Shown here piece after piece: positions 62,026-64,000 of a stretch of 64,000 nt of DNA. Below the pieces are notes generated by a model. It saw nothing but the letters and a program-made list of their open reading frames with translations, was not told where the DNA came from and made no database searches. Position 1 is the first letter of the stretch, and the number at the start of each line of letters is the position of its first letter. Position numbers and translations under genes: made by a program. Source of the DNA: a bacterium (GTDB lineage Bacteria > UBA8248); assembly GCA_965203325.1 (NCBI GenBank), contig OZ241875.1, forward strand, positions 1,664,001-1,728,000. The letters run 5' to 3'.

Positions 62026-62064
62026 AAAAAAGCCCCCGGCTGGCTTGCGACCCCGCCGGGGGCT
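62026..62064 (-). terminator. intrinsic terminator between convergent genes
   Basis: AGCCCCCGGC / GCCGGGGGCT 10-bp stem preceded by an A run (U tract on the minus strand, downstream of msrA). Confidence 0.7.
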
Positions 62065-62081
62065 GATGCGAGCAGACGCGC

Positions 62082-62546
62082 CTAGTGGCAGATGATCCCG
62101 TTTTTCTCGGCATATTGCTGGTGGTAGTCCTCGCCCATCCAGAATTGCGAGGCTTGCGTAATCTCGGTCACTATCGGGCCCCAATGACGCCCTGATTCCT
62201 CCTGCTCCTCCTTGGAAGCCTGCGCCGCGGCTTCCTGGTCGGGTGAGAAGAAATAAACCGCCGAGCGGTACTGGGTGCCCACGTCGGGCCCCTGGCGGTT
62301 CAGCGTGCACGGGTCGTGAATCCGCCAGAAAAGGTCCAAAAGCTCCTGATAGGAGACTTTTTCGGGCTCAAACTCCAGATAGACGACCTCCGCATGTCCC
62401 GTGCGGCCCGTGCATACTTCCCGGTAAGTGGGCTCGTCCTTCGCGCCGCCCGAGTACCCCACAGCGGTGTACGCCACGCCTTCCACCTTGCGGAACGCCG
62501 CCTCCACTCCCCAGAAACAACCTGCGCCGAACATGGCCTTTTCCAT
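62082..62546 (-). CDS. msrA: peptide methionine sulfoxide reductase A
   Basis: GCFWGVE, GYSGG, TGHAE, RQGPDVGTQYRS, EDYHQQY. Confidence 0.97.
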   Translation of the reverse strand: MEKAMFGAGCFWGVEAAFRKVEGVAYTAVGYSGGAKDEPTYREVCTGRTGHAEVVYLEFEPEKVSYQELLDLFWRIHDPCTLNRQGPDVGTQYRSAVYFFSPDQEAAAQASKEEQEESGRHWGPIVTEITQASQFWMGEDYHQQYAEKNGIICH

Positions 62547-62573
62547 AAACGCTCCCTCGCTGAAAGAGAAGAA

Positions 62574-63671
62574 TTACAACTCTACTTCCACGCTCCCGGC
62601 CGGGCCTTCTATCACCTCGCCGAATACGGCGGCGGAAGCCACACCCGCCCCATGCAGTTCGTCCAAAAGCGCCCCCGCCTTGTCCGCATCCACCGCGATG
62701 ATGAGTCCGCCGGAGGTCTGCGCGTCGTTGAGCAGGGCGAGCATCTCCTCATCGACGCCCGGTTTCGCCTCGACGAAGGGCTTCGTCCACAGGCGGTTGC
62801 GATCGCCACCCCCCGCCGTGCCCGCAACCGCGTGGGGGAGCAAGTCATCGAACCGGGGCACATCGGAGAAAACGACCCGCGCCCGCGCACCGCTGGCCTC
62901 CATCACGTTGTGCAGATGACCCAGGAGGCCGAAACCGGTCACGTCCGTACAGGCGTTCACGCCCACGCGCATCATGCACTCGCTCGCATTTTTGTTCAGC
63001 GTCTTCATCGAATCCACCGCCTCTTCGAACACGCCGTCTTGGAGTTTTCCGTTTTTCCCGAAAATGCCGCGCGCAGCCTTAAGCACCGGGTTCACCTGCT
63101 TCGTCACGTTGGTAACGACGCCGGTGCCGATTTTCTTCGTCAAAACGAGCTTATCACCGGGTTTCGCCCCCTGGTTCGTCACCATCTTCCTGGGGTCGAC
63201 GGTTCCCGTGACGGCGATGCCGTATTTGGGCTCCACGTCGTCCACGCTGTGGCCACCCACGATGACGCCGCCCGCCTCTCGCATCTTGTCCGCGCCCCCG
63301 GCCAGGATTCTCCCCAGCACATCCAGACCGATATGGCAGGGGAACCCCACCAGGTTCAGCCCGGTGATCGGCTGCGCGCCCATGGTAAAGCAATCGCTCA
63401 GCGCGTTGGCCGCGGCTATCTGGCCATAGGCGTAAGCGTCGTCCACGATGGGGGTGAAGAAATCCACCGTCTGGACGATGGCCAGGTCCTCCCTGAGCCG
63501 ATACACGCCCGTGTCGTCCCCGGCGTTCGTGCCGTAGAGTAGGTTCGGGTCCGAAAACGGCTCAAACTGGCTCAAAGCCTCTCGCAGGTCCTCCGGACCC
63601 AGTTTCGAACCTCACCCGCCCGCCTTGACCATCCGGGTAAGCTGTACTTTTCTCTCCGATGCCGTTGCCAT
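62574..63671 (-). CDS. selD: selenide, water dikinase (selenocysteine-containing)
   Basis: MATASERKVQLTRMVKAGG-TGA-GSKLGP in frame with the ORF-track product (DDTGVY, QTVDFFTP, AANALSD, GGHS, DVTGFGL, QTSGGL); TGA at 63612-63614. Confidence 0.95.
63584..63614 (-). promoter_or_regulatory. putative bacterial SECIS element
   Basis: TGA-GGTTCGAAAC-TGGGTCC-GGA-GGACCTG hairpin; loop starts 17 nt after UGA and begins with G. Confidence 0.7.
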
Positions 63672-63803
63672 TCCCTCTCCTGAAACCCAGACGCGGCTTG
63701 GGAAAATTCCCGTCCGGGGGGATAATAATACATCTTCAGATGATTAACAAAAAACTGATTTCTATCCCCCGTTTCCAATGAATGGACCAGAAAGGACCCC
63801 TGA

Positions 63804-64000
63804 ATGAAAGTCGTGATTTCAGACGATTATCAAGACTGCATCCGACACCTCGAGTGTTTCTCCAAGATGGCGGGGCACGATGTGACCATCCACAACGACA
63901 CGCTCGACGAGGTCGACGCACTCGCAGAGCGGTTCCGGGACGCAGAAGCCATCGTCCTGATCCGGGAACGAACCCACATCACGGAAGAACTGCTCAACAG
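63804..64000 (+). CDS. D-2-hydroxyacid dehydrogenase-family protein, 5' part only
   Basis: Manual translation MKVVISDDYQD...LAERFRDAEAIVLIRERTHITEELL. Confidence 0.8.
   Translation, partial: MKVVISDDYQDCIRHLECFSKMAGHDVTIHNDTLDEVDALAERFRDAEAIVLIRERTHITEELLN

Overview
High-GC bacterial chromosomal segment made mostly of housekeeping and metabolic genes (acnA, rlmN, nth-like, tlyA-dxs-ispA-xseBA-folD, cysE-iscS-iscU, greA, oxoprolinase A/B, ispB, thiI, msrA, selD). Outside ~7.2-29 kb its intergenic spaces are packed with at least five families of REP/MITE-like palindromes, and two intact IS elements (IS1182, IS256) sit inside these repeats. The most striking observation is a candidate invertible promoter at 49262-49468: two dif-like 11-6-11 recombination sites with inverted 6-bp spacers flank a near-consensus sigma70 promoter that currently points away from a large TbpB-like surface lipoprotein gene, i.e. 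a probable phase-variation switch in the OFF state, with no recombinase in the window. Other notable items: a selenocysteine SelD with a SECIS-like hairpin, a probable ATT start codon, a fused ferredoxin/Mo-bisPGD enzyme with a putative di-haem membrane partner, defence/TA genes clipped at REP boundaries, and a repeat-free low-GC trough over core genes. All calls come from reading the sequence by eye; no searches were run, and start codons that differ from the ORF track are my estimates.
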